NCBI GenBank assembly: GCA_030295235.1
Contig: AP026128.1
Location: 62,001-126,000, forward strand
Length of the DNA stretch: 64,000 bases
Direction of reading: 5' to 3'
From: Fistulifera solaris
Lineage: Eukaryota
This document shows, piece by piece, positions 36,433 to 48,532 of this stretch. Position numbers and translations under genes: made by a program. Below the pieces are notes generated by a model. That model was not told where the DNA came from and ran no database searches. It was given only the letters and a program-made list of their open reading frames with translations. The stretch's first letter is position 1; every line of letters starts with the position of its first letter.

Positions 36433-36822
36433 TTAATACATCGACCGTTGTCCTCGCTTCATCATTGCGAGAAACTCTACCATGCTTAGCTCATGTTCCA
36501 GACTGCGCATAACCTGTTGTTCCACCTCGAACGGGATACGATGCTTTCGTGTGGGTCGATAGTAGATGCTGATATCAGGAATTTTCTTCACTAAAGTATC
36601 GAAGAAGATCAAGAGAAGATCAGAGTGCTCGAGAGTCTTCTGATACTCGTCGTTGATATAAATCCGATAATGTACCGGCTGGTTCTTGTCGGGCTGTTCA
36701 AACACAACTTCACACATGTTTCCCGGTTCTCTGCCCCAAAGACGACCGATCATGTTGGAAAAGCGCGGAGGGTATCGGGGGGACAAATACAAGGGTGAAT
36801 CCATGAGATCAAATGCGGACAT
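36433..36822 (-). CDS. Hypothetical protein (129 aa)
   Basis: ATG-initiated ORF with protein-like composition in an otherwise empty slot; no recognised motif. Confidence 0.55.
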   Translation of the reverse strand: MSAFDLMDSPLYLSPRYPPRFSNMIGRLWGREPGNMCEVVFEQPDKNQPVHYRIYINDEYQKTLEHSDLLLIFFDTLVKKIPDISIYYRPTRKHRIPFEVEQQVMRSLEHELSMVEFLAMMKRGQRSMY

Positions 36823-37554
36823 GGTTGTGTTACTTTGCTTTAGAATGGTTGTATTTTTGCTTCAAGCCGATTTTATGAGCTAATCTTTTGGTTTTGTGGT
36901 GCTCGTGTCGAGAATAACACGACTCAGTCAGATAAAAACGTTTCATGAGGAACCGTTTCCGCGAAAACTGGTCTACGAGGTGGTCCAGTTTTCACGTCGC
37001 ATGGAAACGTTTTGACAAGTCGCGTTTCTTGAAAGGTCTCCTTGAAGAAGATAGAATGCTTTTTCTTCAACAAAGGTTTCCTTTTGTCATGATGGTGTTT
37101 TATTGTGTCTTTTGTCTTTTAATTTTTGTTTTCGCCAGTCGAGCTCACATTTGTACGTATAGCTTTTACAGTACTTTCCTTTTCGGTACGACACATGAAA
37201 AGAAACTTGCTTCCGACTTTACCTTGAGGATCAAAATAGTCGAGAATACTTAGATATCGTCATCGTAAAGCAATAACTCATGCTACATGTGCTTTGTTGA
37301 TACCAGGCACAGGCCTCCTTTCTTAATTCGCTCTATCGATTTCAATCTGGTGTTGATTTCGAACGTCTCAGCTCTCAGCTAATATAAATCACTTTTCTCC
37401 TACAGCTTAGGCGTCCGTTGTATCAAATACTGTGTACTACTATTGTTCAATTGTGCGTCTAAACATTAATATAAACACATGAATGACTACACGCCGTAAT
37501 ATAGTGGTTTCGTTGTTTGTTCGTTAACATCTACCGTCTTACATATCAAGCTGT

Positions 37555-37896
37555 TTACGGCCAGGAGGAGACCACCTTAAAGCGCAAAGTCTGGTCATAT
37601 TCAAACAAGCCCTTGCAGAACTGACCCAAGGCTTCCCGTCCTCGCAAGTCAACAAAGTCCGACTTGTCTTGTGTGTAGACGCGGTGCAACATTTCGCCGT
37701 CGGTATCATGCAGAAGCAAGATGGGGCAGACCTGTCCTTGTTTGTAAAAGGCCATCCCCGTCAAGTACGAGGCTTCCTCCTGCTCATCGTGGCAAATAGT
37801 GATTTCGGTGGGGACGCACATGAAGACAGATGATTCGTTCTTCTGCATCATGCTGTCATCGTCATGGTAGGTGCTCGTCATGGTGACTGTCTCCAT
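37555..37896 (-). CDS. Hypothetical protein (113 aa)
   Basis: ATG-initiated ORF with coding-like GC content between AT-rich flanks; no recognised motif. Confidence 0.55.
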   Translation of the reverse strand: METVTMTSTYHDDDSMMQKNESSVFMCVPTEITICHDEQEEASYLTGMAFYKQGQVCPILLLHDTDGEMLHRVYTQDKSDFVDLRGREALGQFCKGLFEYDQTLRFKVVSSWP

Positions 37897-38664
37897 TTGT
37901 ATCTCTGTCTTTTGCTAGATCGTCGTTTACTTTTGCAAGAGCGCGTTTTGTGAAACATGACTCTATCTCTCGTTTGTCGTTTTGAGTGGATGAAGCGGAA
38001 ACGACACGACTCATCAGTTGGACCAGTTTTGGAAGAGTTCCATTGTCGCCGTTTCCTTTTTGGCGTTCTTTTTCGTTTCATTTTTGGCGATCGGAAGTAT
38101 CTCACTCACTGTACATTATACGGTACCGGATAACTAAACGAAGATATTAACAACGGATATAACTCGTACAAAAAAAGTATTACATTGATCCTGATTGATG
38201 CTGGTACGACACTATGCGTTTTCTTACTGTCATAAAACACATCACACAACACGCGACGCGGCGAAAAGGGCCGCGCATCGCATTTTCTTTCGTCGCACAA
38301 ACGCCGAAGCAGCAAAGCAAAATGATAAACGTATTATAGCCGTTCGTTTTCATGGCATATTCATCTGATCCTTTTATTTTACCGCATTGGATGATAACGA
38401 AGGGGAATGCACGTGAAAAAGCGACATGGGTGCATCGCGGACGCAGCTGCACATCGGCGCGCACCTCCTGGGCTGGAAACGTCTAATTCGTGTCGTTACT
38501 TTTTTTTTTCAAAATTAAATTCATGAAACGTCCGAAAACGTCAAGAACAAAAATGATAGCAATCGACTCTTTCATCTCAAAGATGCTCATAATCTTTGCA
38601 ATCATCATAATATTTTACTCGTTTACTTTCGCAACGCAGAGACAACAAGGACTTTAGCAACACG

Positions 38665-39534
38665 ATGAGCACCAGCACCAACTCGACCGAATCCACGCAA
38701 CGCCGTCATCTGTATCTTCCGACGCGCGTCAGCAGTGACTCCTCGACGATGACACCCACGACAAGCAACGTTCATTGGGAATCGCAGCCTGTGGTGACCT
38801 GGATGTCGTCCTTGATGAATCAAGAGATGAACAACTCTCCATCTGCGCCGGCAAATGCCCCTACTCGGCAGGTTGAGCGCTATCAGCGTTTGGTCGAACA
38901 CTGCCGTGCGCGCTCGAGCCATGCCGTATTCTGGAACGAGTATCAGGCCATTCAGTCTTTGCATCAATTTTTGATGAACAAGATCCAATCGCAGTTGCCT
39001 TTTCCTTGCCCTGAGTACCCACTGGCCGTGGAGCGACTCTATCACGAAACCAGTGATCGCTTGGAGGCGCTATTGCTGTCTCCGTCATCGGTCGAATCCC
39101 CTGCTGCGACCAAAGTCGACATGCCCGTGTACATGACGGCTTGGCTCCGCGAGAACTGGATCAACCCTTACCCCGACGATATTATCTTGAACGAAATGGC
39201 TGCCCATTGCGGTACTACACCCACCGTCGTCAGCAACTGGCTCATCAACGCCCGTACGCGCAAGTGGCGCCCGGCGATCGCCAAGGCGATGGAACTAAAT
39301 CGCCCGGCTAAGCACTTGTTAGAGGACTCGTTGTGCTTCTTTGATGGCCGTCCCGTTCGGGCCTTGTCGGCATCTGAACAGAACGCTGCAGCGGCGTCGG
39401 CGCGCAATCAATCACTCATTGCGGACGAAGAATGGAAATTCGACATCCAGGATATCGACAGCGACGATGACTCGTTGGCGTGGATGGATCAAAAAGAACA
39501 GAAACGATCGAATAAGCGTCGTCGCGGTTACTGA
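38665..39534 (+). CDS. TALE-class homeodomain transcription factor
   Basis: MTAWLRENWINPYP...VSNWLINARTRKW, i.e. the PYP loop and helix-3 WxxNxR; basic C-terminal NLS-like stretch. Confidence 0.9.
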   Translation: MSTSTNSTESTQRRHLYLPTRVSSDSSTMTPTTSNVHWESQPVVTWMSSLMNQEMNNSPSAPANAPTRQVERYQRLVEHCRARSSHAVFWNEYQAIQSLHQFLMNKIQSQLPFPCPEYPLAVERLYHETSDRLEALLLSPSSVESPAATKVDMPVYMTAWLRENWINPYPDDIILNEMAAHCGTTPTVVSNWLINARTRKWRPAIAKAMELNRPAKHLLEDSLCFFDGRPVRALSASEQNAAAASARNQSLIADEEWKFDIQDIDSDDDSLAWMDQKEQKRSNKRRRGY

Positions 39535-39640
39535 GTGATGATACGCTCAAGGATGTTATATGTGAATTGAAAAATGTAATGCAACAGAATAAAATCTAAA
39601 CTCCTAAAGTTATATAGTAAACTAGAAGCTACTTTCTAAT

Positions 39641-41011
39641 CTAAGCGTTGGCGACCCACAGTCCCGAATCAACACAGCGTTTCATGTGATACTCGGCATC
39701 TTCCGGTTTCATCTTCGACAAGACTTCTTTCAAAGCTTCGACACTCCTCGACTCGAAAGCTTCCACCATCTCTTGTGGCAAGCTTTCAATCACTTCCAAA
39801 GGATCCAAGCCACCCGGCCCCAATCGTTGCTCCAGCGGAATTTCCGATAAATCGCGAGGACCGTCGTCTTCCTGCTGTCGCTGAGCATCCATTTCCTGCT
39901 TCTTGACAATCGCTCGCTGCACAATCTTTTCTTGAAACGCCGTCACCGCCTGTACAAATTCTTCTAAATGCTCGCGCTGCTGCAATCGCGCAAAGAACGG
40001 CATAATCACATTTCCTGGATGCGTTTTCAGAGTTTTGGCCAGTTCCGCAATGTGCGTTATGATTTGCGATTGCCGGGCCGTCTTTTTCATCTTTTCGTGA
40101 TGCCCATTCATTTCGTCTTCCAACGACGCCAACAAAAGATAATTTGCCGCATTTTCTTGCAACAGAATGTCCCCATACCGCAATAAAAAAGTCTTTCGAC
40201 TGCTCCAAATCCGATAATTTCATGAACAGCTCAATGGTGTCGGCGTACTTTTCGACAAAATCCGGGTACGTGGCCATGACGCCGATGTGTTCTTTGGAGG
40301 TATCAAATTGGGGGGACGTCAAGGCAGGTCCAGCGACTTTGGGTTGAGGTGCCGGTGAGGGTGATGCTTTCGCTGCTTTTGGGGCACTTGTTAATGCAGC
40401 TGTTGACTTTGCGGGGGCCGGGGCTTTCACCGGCACCGCATCTTCTTTCGGTGCAATATAACCATCGGGCGTATAGTTAACTTTACCAGCATTCGGATTC
40501 ACCATCGATCGATCCTCTTTGATCTGAAACATATTATCCACATTCCATTTTTTATTCTTTTCGTATTCATCTAACTTTTTCTGCCGAGCTTGATTTTGTT
40601 GTTGCAATTCCTCAAGTTCGGCTTGTAAGGCTTCTTTGTCATTAATATCATCATCGTCGTCATCATCGCTGTCACTATCAGTCGTCTTTACTTTTTGCAT
40701 CGCAATTTTATTCAATTCGTGCTGCAATATTTGGATTCGTTGTGTCGCTTTTTCCATCTATTATTATTTTAACAACACGTCGTGAGGATGCGTCCTCACG
40801 TGCGTCGGGGGACGAGAACCATAATTACACAGAAACTACTTACTTCTTTACGAATATTTGCTTTATCCTTCTCTTCATTCTCTTCTCGCTCGACGCGACT
40901 GCGATGCTTCATACGAAACCACGATTCACGATCGATGTTGGGATGCAAATCATCCTCATCGTCGGACAATTCAATGTTATCCCATTTAGAGTAATCGAAG
41001 GGCTTGGACAT
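39641..41011 (-). CDS. CDC37: Hsp90 co-chaperone Cdc37; intron about 40758-40843, frameshift near 40185
   Basis: FDYSKWDNIELSDDEDDLHPNID N-terminus; RLGPGGLDPLEVIESLP...HMKRCVDSGLW C-terminus. Confidence 0.95.
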
Positions 41012-41778
41012 TTCGAGTTTGCAAATATAGCTGCTGCTTGATTCAAGGTCGACCGATGACGGGCAAAAGGAATGCGAATTGTTACAGTTGGTATATGATT
41101 GACAACAAAGATGCCGTTCGACTGTTGTCGTTGTCGCTGTGTTTGTGCGCTTGTTCGCGGCGGCGGCGGCGCTCGCTCGCGCGCTGTTTGGCCGCAACGA
41201 CAACAACCATTATTGCGGAACGCGAGGCATGCATCATGCATCATAACCTGAGTCGCCTCTAGCATTAAGTGTAGGAGAACGGCACTGACGTCAGAATACA
41301 TGCATGATCGACAAAAAGATTTCAATCCTGACTGTGGCGTCAGCATATCGCTTCCGCAAAAAAGGAGCGATGAACGATGAAACGATGAAACGATGAAACA
41401 TCTATTTCCCTTATTATGGCAACCACTGGTGGTGCTTAACCCCCAAAGAATGCGAATATAGAAGGATAAACGCGTGAATCGCTTTCCCTGTGCACGAATA
41501 TGAAAAACGGCGGCGGTAATAACAGCGCCCAGCAGCAGCGAACTGATCAATTAACCTTGTTACGGTGTTGTTGTGGGCCCACAAAAGATGAAAACAAATA
41601 TGACTCGTTCGAGCTACAATCTACTTTGATTTGTTTATCTTTTCTGTCTTCCTTCTCTGCATAACTGAAACCAAGAATCGATATCATCGGCTATCACCAT
41701 CACTTCTTGCCTCGACACCATGCATCCTCGATTCGACCGCATTATCAATTCAAAGGAGAGCCTTACCAAGCCGGTACC

Positions 41779-42373
41779 TTAAACCGTGCCTTTTCCCTTG
41801 CCCTTTCCTTTGCCTTTGCCTTTTCCTCCTTTGCCCTTTCCTTTACCGGAGTCGGTTCCTCCTTTTCCTTTGCCAGAGTCCTCGCCTCCTTTGCCCTTTC
41901 CTTTGCCAGAGTCGGTTCCTCCCTTGCCCTTTCCTTTTCCGGAATCGGTTCCTCCTTTGCCCTTGCCTTTACCAGAGTCTTCGCCTCCCTTGCCTTTTCC
42001 TTTACCAGAGTCTTCGCCTCCTTTGCCTTTTCCTTTACCAGAATCGCTGCCTCCTTTGCCCTTTCCTTTGCCAGAGTCGGTTCCTCCCTTGCCTTTTCCT
42101 TTACCAGAGTCACTGCCTCCCTTGCCTTTTCCTTTGCCAGAGTCTCCTTTGCCCTTTCCTTTACCAGAATCACTGCCTCCTTTGCCCTTGCCTTTGCCAT
42201 GGTCAAGGCGACGCAAGTTCTTAAAGAAGAATTAGCGAACCGATTGGAGAACGAGCCTTACGAAAATGCATCCGACCCCTTTTGGCACTCACCATTTGTT
42301 CGCCGTCGTTTTCTGCTGCGATGGCCAATGCGGCCATGACGCCGACAATCAAAAAGTTGAAAAGACCTTTCAT
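41779..42373 (-). CDS. Secreted Gly/Lys-rich repeat protein (173 aa): signal peptide, RRL, (GKGKGKGG[S/T/E]DS)x11; exons 42373-42293 and 42219-41779
   Basis: Exon 1 MKGLFNFLIVGVMAALAIAAENDGEQM, GTGAGT...TAAG intron, exon 2 NLRRLDHGKGKGK...; 33-bp tandem repeat. Confidence 0.85.
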
Positions 42374-43047
42374 GGTGGAATTTGTTAAGAGATGCGATCA
42401 AAGGAAATCGGAAAGCTTTGAGACTTTGAGACTTTGTTTTCAGCGACAACCAAGGATTGTGAGGAAACAAAAATTGTGAGATCTTCAAACTCATCAAGTT
42501 TTATTCAACTCGAATGAAAACGAAGTGCTTCGCAATGAGAGAACAGATTACAATACTCCGCGCGATGCGAACTCACCTTTATACGTGTTGTTGAGAACAC
42601 CGGGGCATAAAAACACCTTAGTTAGACTGTAAGGCTGACGTTCGGCATCCAAAAAGCTAGGCGTCCGATTTCCGCTTCCTATTAGTTCGAAATAAAACAG
42701 TACATTTTGGATCGTCTCGGCGGCATAAACTAAAGTGGAACGCAGCCGACAAAGACGAGTCAATACAATTATGGTAATCTCGATGGCATAAATAAGTACG
42801 GCGTGGTATTTTGTGACGCGCTTGAGACATAGAAGTCGCTCCTTTAGTTGGAAGCTAGTTCGTCATGAGGTCTGAACAATTTGGAATAAGTTATCTCAGT
42901 CGTGATCCGCTCAAACCTCGCGAAATAGGCAGCTAAGCTTCCCTGCTTGCACTTCCATCTTCCATGCTTCTCGCGGGATCCGACAGGACAAGCTACAGTA
43001 AAGGACAAGCGATGAAAGAACTACGGAGTAAGTGATTTTTAAATGGA

Positions 43048-45905
43048 TTATACGTAGATGACGTACATTTGAATATTGCGCCAATCGACATAAAGGGACA
43101 TGGAAAGGACGTTAAAATTCTGCCACTCAGTACAAATTTCTACGTAGAGCCTACGGCGAGACAGAATTTTAACGTCGTTTCCTGATGTTGCTTTAAAATG
43201 GTCCAATTCCCACGAGTCGATATCTTCAATAGGTAGGTCATCACTTGTCACGGCGTTGGTTTCGACACGATAGTGCAAGGGTGCTTTCTCGGACAGTGGT
43301 ACAACACTCGCATCGTCCTCGTCCGACAAGCCGTCGCTGTCCTCCGTACAAACCGCTGCTTCAACATGGACCACGCATCCGGGTGAAATTTCTTCTTGAA
43401 TCAGCATGCGACTCAACGTTGTGACAACCGTCGATTCGATGTAGCGTTCAACGGGACGAGCTCCGTACTTCGGATCGTACGACTCGGCCAATATCATCCG
43501 AGCTCCATCCGGTTCCAAGACAAGAATTATACCCTTGGAAAGAAGACGCTTGTGGACATTTTGTATGGCTTTGTGTACAATTTTTTCGAGCTGATTTGTT
43601 CCAAGGGCATTGAAAATCACCATGCATGAAAGACGATTTAAAAGCTCCGGTGTAAAGGTTTTCTGTGCTTCCAGCATAACTTGAGCACGAGCTTCCTTCT
43701 TCTTTGCATGACTTTTAAGCATATGCTGCGAACCGACGTTCGATGTCAGATTAACAATTGTATTGCGGAAATCAACCTTGCGACCTTTGGAGTCTGTCAG
43801 GTGCCCTTCGTCCATGATTTGAAGCAAGACGGTCAACACACGAGGATGAGCCTTTCCAATCTCGTCGAATAAAACGACGGTGTACGGTTTGCGACGAACG
43901 GATTCGGTCAGTTGTCCGCCCTCGTCGTGTCCGATATACCCAGGGGGTGAACCTATTAAGCGGGCCACCGAATGCGACTCAGAATACTCGCTCATGTCGA
44001 TGCGAACCAAGTGCCGTTCATAGCCGTCATACAATTCGCTAAACAGAGCCTTGGAAAGTTCCGTTTTGCCAGCACCTGTAGGCCCGAGGAACATAAAAGA
44101 ACCGGAAGGTTGTGACTCGCGAGCCAAGCCAGCTTTAGACCGAAGGATGCATTCGGTGACCGCATAAATGGCCTCGTCTTGTCCCACGACCCGTTCACGT
44201 AGCCGTTCGCTCAAATTCAAGAGCCTTGACTTTTCTGTCCGAGACATTTTGGCACAGGTATACCAGTCCAACGTGAAATGACTTCTGTGATATCTTGCTC
44301 CGTAACATCTTTATCATAATTGCAGCTTTCCGCTTTTCGCGCCTTATTTTCTGTTTCGATCTTGTTCAACTGTTTCTGCGTGGCGGGAATGGCTCCATAC
44401 TTTAAATCAGCCGCTTCATTGTAATCTCCGTGTCTTTCGGCTGATGCTGCCTTGAATTCCAACGCCGCAAGCTTTTCCTTGACAGTCTTTAATTCTTCTG
44501 CTCGTCGGCGATCAGCCTTCCATTTCTCGTTCAGAGGTTCCAATTCTTTCATCAACTTTACCATTTGATCTTCTATATGGGAAAGCTTTCTCGCGGGTGG
44601 AGTTTTCTTCTGACGCTCTAGTGCCGTCGCTTCGATTTTCAACTGTAGAATTTGCCGTTCCAGTTGGTCAATTCGTTCTGGTCGACTATCAAGAATTGTC
44701 CTTTTCCTTGCACCGGCTTCATCGATCAAATCAATACTCTTGTCTGGATTAAAGCGATAGTTGATGTAGCGATCCGACAGTTTGGCAGCTGCTATAACGG
44801 CACTGTCGGTGATATGAATAGCATGATGCGTCTCGTACTTATCCACTAAACCACGAAGCATAGAAACGGCGTCCCGAACTGACGGTTCGTCTACTATTAC
44901 CTTTTGGAAGCGTCTCTCAAATGCAGAATCTTTCTCGATGTAATTTCGGTACTCCTGCAGTGTCGTGGCACCAATCATTTTCAATTCACCCTTTGCCAAC
45001 ATGGGCTTGAGCAGATTGGCCGCGTCCATGGAACCGCTGCACCTACCCGCACCGAGTATGAGATGAACTTCATCCACAAATAGAACAATGCGGCCTTCTG
45101 CTTCTTTGACCTCTTCCAATACGAGTCGTAGACGTTCTTCAAAGTCCCCCCGATAAGTGGTACCTGCCACGAGCGCTCCCATATCCAGAGTACGCAAGGC
45201 AATATTCTTGATGGTTTCGGGCACATCACCGTCGACAAGACGGCGAGCAAATCCGTCTACCACCGATGTTTTGCCTGTACCTGGTTCGCCCACCAAGACA
45301 GGGTTGCTCTTCGTGCGTCGTGCAAGAATTTGAATCAATCGTCGAATTTCTTCGTCGCGTCCAATTACGGGATCCAACTTCCCCTCTTCGGCTAGTTTTC
45401 GCATGTCAATACCATACTTTTCGAGCGCTGCAAGCTTGTCTTTAACTACTGGAAAGACGGTTGTGGATGCCTTGCAAATCTGGATCAGCGTTTCTTTCAC
45501 CGTTTTCTCCTTGAGGACTCCCTTCAACGCTACTTTAGCTTCACGATCTTCAAATAATGCAATTAGCAGGAGGTTCGGTGCCAGGAGTACATCATCATTG
45601 GCCTTGCATAGTTTCGCGGCATACTCCAGCCACAAAGAAAAATTGCTTGACAAAGAAGCTTCGCCAGGGATTTCTGGATAAGCGGGCTTCTTCAATAAAG
45701 CTTTCTGAATACTTTGTCGCGCCAAATAAACATCACACGATGCTCGAAGACAAACTTTGGCTCCAATGGAGTCTTCTCTCTGAAACAGTACGTGTGCTAG
45801 ATGAATCGGATCGACCTTTGAATGGCCATGATCACAAGCGGTCACACGTGCTTCGTCGATCGCTTTCTGCGACGCGTCAGAGATGTTATTGTTGTTCTCT
45901 GCCAT
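43048..45905 (-). CDS. clpB: Divergent ClpB/Hsp101 AAA+ disaggregase paralog; frameshift near 44250
   Basis: [63 protein letters not shown]. Confidence 0.88.
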
Positions 45906-46014
45906 GTTGTTGCAAAGTATTTTCGATTGCTTGCATTATTTCACCTTGCTTGAAAAATGAAAAGATGCGGGTTCTCTTTTGAAATTGATGAGCGAATCAA
46001 AATTGAGGAATAAA

Positions 46015-46032
46015 GAAATTTCCAGGATACTC
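46015..46032. promoter_or_regulatory. Possible degenerate heat-shock element, about 110 bp upstream of the ClpB paralog
   Basis: GAAatTTCcaGGAtaCTC: four alternating nGAAn units, two of them mismatched. Confidence 0.3.
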
Positions 46033-46320
46033 CGAGTTCGCGTCCAATTCGGGCGAATGGTCGAGTGGGGAAAAAGATCACTTTAATGTCTGCGTAACAT
46101 TCAAAATGTAACCTATGAGTGATAACCGCGATTCAGCTTTCAGCAATCATGTCAATGCGCTCCAATCCTCTTGTTAGAAGCTCAGTGTCATTCGCGACTT
46201 CGCCTTTCACATGAGCTATTCACCTGAACCTGGTATTCCACACGCATTGGGGGCTTCCATTTGAGTTAGAAATAAGTCAGTAAACGCAACAAGTAACAAG
46301 CCGACGGGCATTCTCGTGCT

Positions 46321-47301
46321 CTATCTTCTACTATAGATTATAGTACGATTGTTGCTGCCGTTTTGATCGTCAGAGCCTGTGACAGCCTCTTGAGCTGTTG
46401 CACCGTTTGGATTACTCCTTCGATTGCCCGGATCTTGGTCACGAGCCTTACGACAAGCTTGAATGACTTGAATCATTTGTTGTTGCATCACCGCCGTCGC
46501 GTGAAACGAATCATCGCACGCCAAGCACACTTCCTCCCACAAAAAGTCATACGTTTGTGTCGATGGCTGTCCTTTGGCAGCATTCTCCTGCCAGTATTCT
46601 TTACCACTCGCCCACTGCTGTTTGGTCATGTGACACGCTTCGCGCATGGCCTTGTCGGAAACCTTGATTGGATCATTCATATCCTCCTCCTCTTCGTCGC
46701 TGGAGTCCGATTGCGGTTCCGTCGGCACCACATCATCCTTCGCCGTCACACCGTTCACTTGTCGTACATGAAAGACGTGTGTGGGAATGCCACTGCCCGT
46801 CGAGAACCTCCATTTGCCGTCGCGAAAAACAAAGCCGAAACGAAAGCGACACCGGTGTTCTTCGATCAACGGAAGACACGTATTCGTGCGGGGTCGTTTC
46901 GCGAGGGGCGTATTGGGATTTTTCGTATTTTTATAGAGCGTATTGCGCTTGCAGCGGAACGCCAAGTAGTTGTATTGCGTTGTATAACCCATGCAATTGA
47001 GTTGACAGCCATCCTGCAAACATTCCGCAATCATATGCTTCGCAATAATGGACATGGATTCTTTTGTATTGTCCGTAATGGCGGGAAAGACGTGTACCTT
47101 CGTTTGTTCCGCAAAGAAAGGATCGTTTTTATTCGTTTCGCGAGCGTACGGAGAGTTCTTTCCCATGTAATCGACCATGTTGATTTCCCTTTGATAGACA
47201 CGCCCCGTAATGGGGTTGGTGAATTGCGCAGGAACTCGGATCGACTGAGCGTTCCACGAGTTCTCTTCCTCAGTGCCTCCTCTGTCAATAACGTTGCTCA
47301 T
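46321..47301 (-). CDS. Protein with a FAR1/WRKY-GCM1-like putative zinc DNA-binding domain (326 aa)
   Basis: YLAFRCKR...RTNT...HRCRFRFGFVFRDGKWRF...THVFH resembles the C..C..W..H.H pattern of the MULE/FAR1 DNA-binding fold. No DDE domain was seen. Confidence 0.6.
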   Translation of the reverse strand: MSNVIDRGGTEEENSWNAQSIRVPAQFTNPITGRVYQREINMVDYMGKNSPYARETNKNDPFFAEQTKVHVFPAITDNTKESMSIIAKHMIAECLQDGCQLNCMGYTTQYNYLAFRCKRNTLYKNTKNPNTPLAKRPRTNTCLPLIEEHRCRFRFGFVFRDGKWRFSTGSGIPTHVFHVRQVNGVTAKDDVVPTEPQSDSSDEEEEDMNDPIKVSDKAMREACHMTKQQWASGKEYWQENAAKGQPSTQTYDFLWEEVCLACDDSFHATAVMQQQMIQVIQACRKARDQDPGNRRSNPNGATAQEAVTGSDDQNGSNNRTIIYSRR

Positions 47302-48532
47302 TGTTTGTACTTATTTGGTTGCTTCAAGTTTTTGCTGCGGCTCCTTACTTCTTTTACTTTCTGCAATGAAAGCGGTGCTGTCGTTGTTGTTGCGGCAAAG
47401 AGGTTGCGGCGACAGCGCGCGGCCGCAAAAGCCGGGCTCACAACGATTCAAAACGGGGGTTTTCGGAGATAAGAGAATGACGCATGGTGAGTGACCCAAA
47501 AGGCGGGACTGAACTAGTGAAAAGACTAATGAACTAAATGCCACTCAATTCAGAAATTTTTATTTATTTTATTCATCAGAGCTGTCATTTTACTGATATT
47601 ACTTGAAGTATCCCGTTAAAGATGCTGAGAAAAGAAATTCGGAGTGTTGGGCGGCTCTTTAATATCAACGTGGATGATCAGAGAAAGTGCATCCTGAAAT
47701 ATTCCTCAAAACAACATAGGATCGTTACAGCTGGGTCTACAATCGCGGTAAGCTTTAGAGTATAACAGATGGTTTCTATCTCACTTAATTTCTGGTGAAA
47801 AGAACCAATCCTTACGACTTTTTAGGGAAGTAAAGCGGTGGTCGGATAATTTTCCCAATGCTCCTTCTACAGAACAGGTGCCGTAACATTATGAATTCCA
47901 TTGAAATTTACTCCAAAATACTGTCACTCTATGTATTAATCATTAGAAACTATGATCCTGTAATACCAAGCTTCGAAACAACTCACAAGGTGTGAAATTT
48001 CGACCGTGTCCCGAGCTTTTTGTGCTTCTGAAGACGGAAGACAAGATTCTTATAGCAATTTCTACACCCAGAAGCCATTTCCGACCCCGCTCTCACGACA
48101 AAGCCGTTCTACTAGAGATGAGGAATCAGTACCTTGTTTTTTATTTCCTTAAATTGCTCGCAACGTAAGATAAATATATTTTCGTAAGCATGATCATGGT
48201 GAATTTTCTTGATGAGGTCGAGACAGGTCGTCTGTCTGTCCGACCGTTTTCTTATCTCCGCGTTGAATCGCCGTGGGCTACGCACAACGCAGTAGCTTTT
48301 CTACGAGCGTCATTTTCTTTGCTGACGTCAAGAGTTAGGGCTCGTGTGTCCGTCCACACGGAATAGGATTTAGTTGCTTTACTTTTGCCATTTCTTAACC
48401 TTGAAAAGGGAATAGACGTACGAGAAGTTCAGAAGAGAAGCTGTGCTCCGCTTCTGTACATAGAAAAGATCCGAAAATAATAAAAAGAAAGAGACTGCAA
48501 GATAAGAGTAAAAATCAATCAGAATAACAAGT

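Noticed and set aside
41631..42339. Pro-rich, Phe/Ala-rich and Cys/Leu-rich ORFs on the plus strand, and the KEKAKE frame on the minus strand
   Set aside because: They are alternative frames of a 33-bp repeat. Only the GK frame splices in frame to a signal-peptide exon.
46363..47472. Long plus-strand ORFs (369 aa here; also 50146-50778, 29811-30848 and 23567-24040)
   Set aside because: They are antisense shadows of better-supported minus-strand genes.
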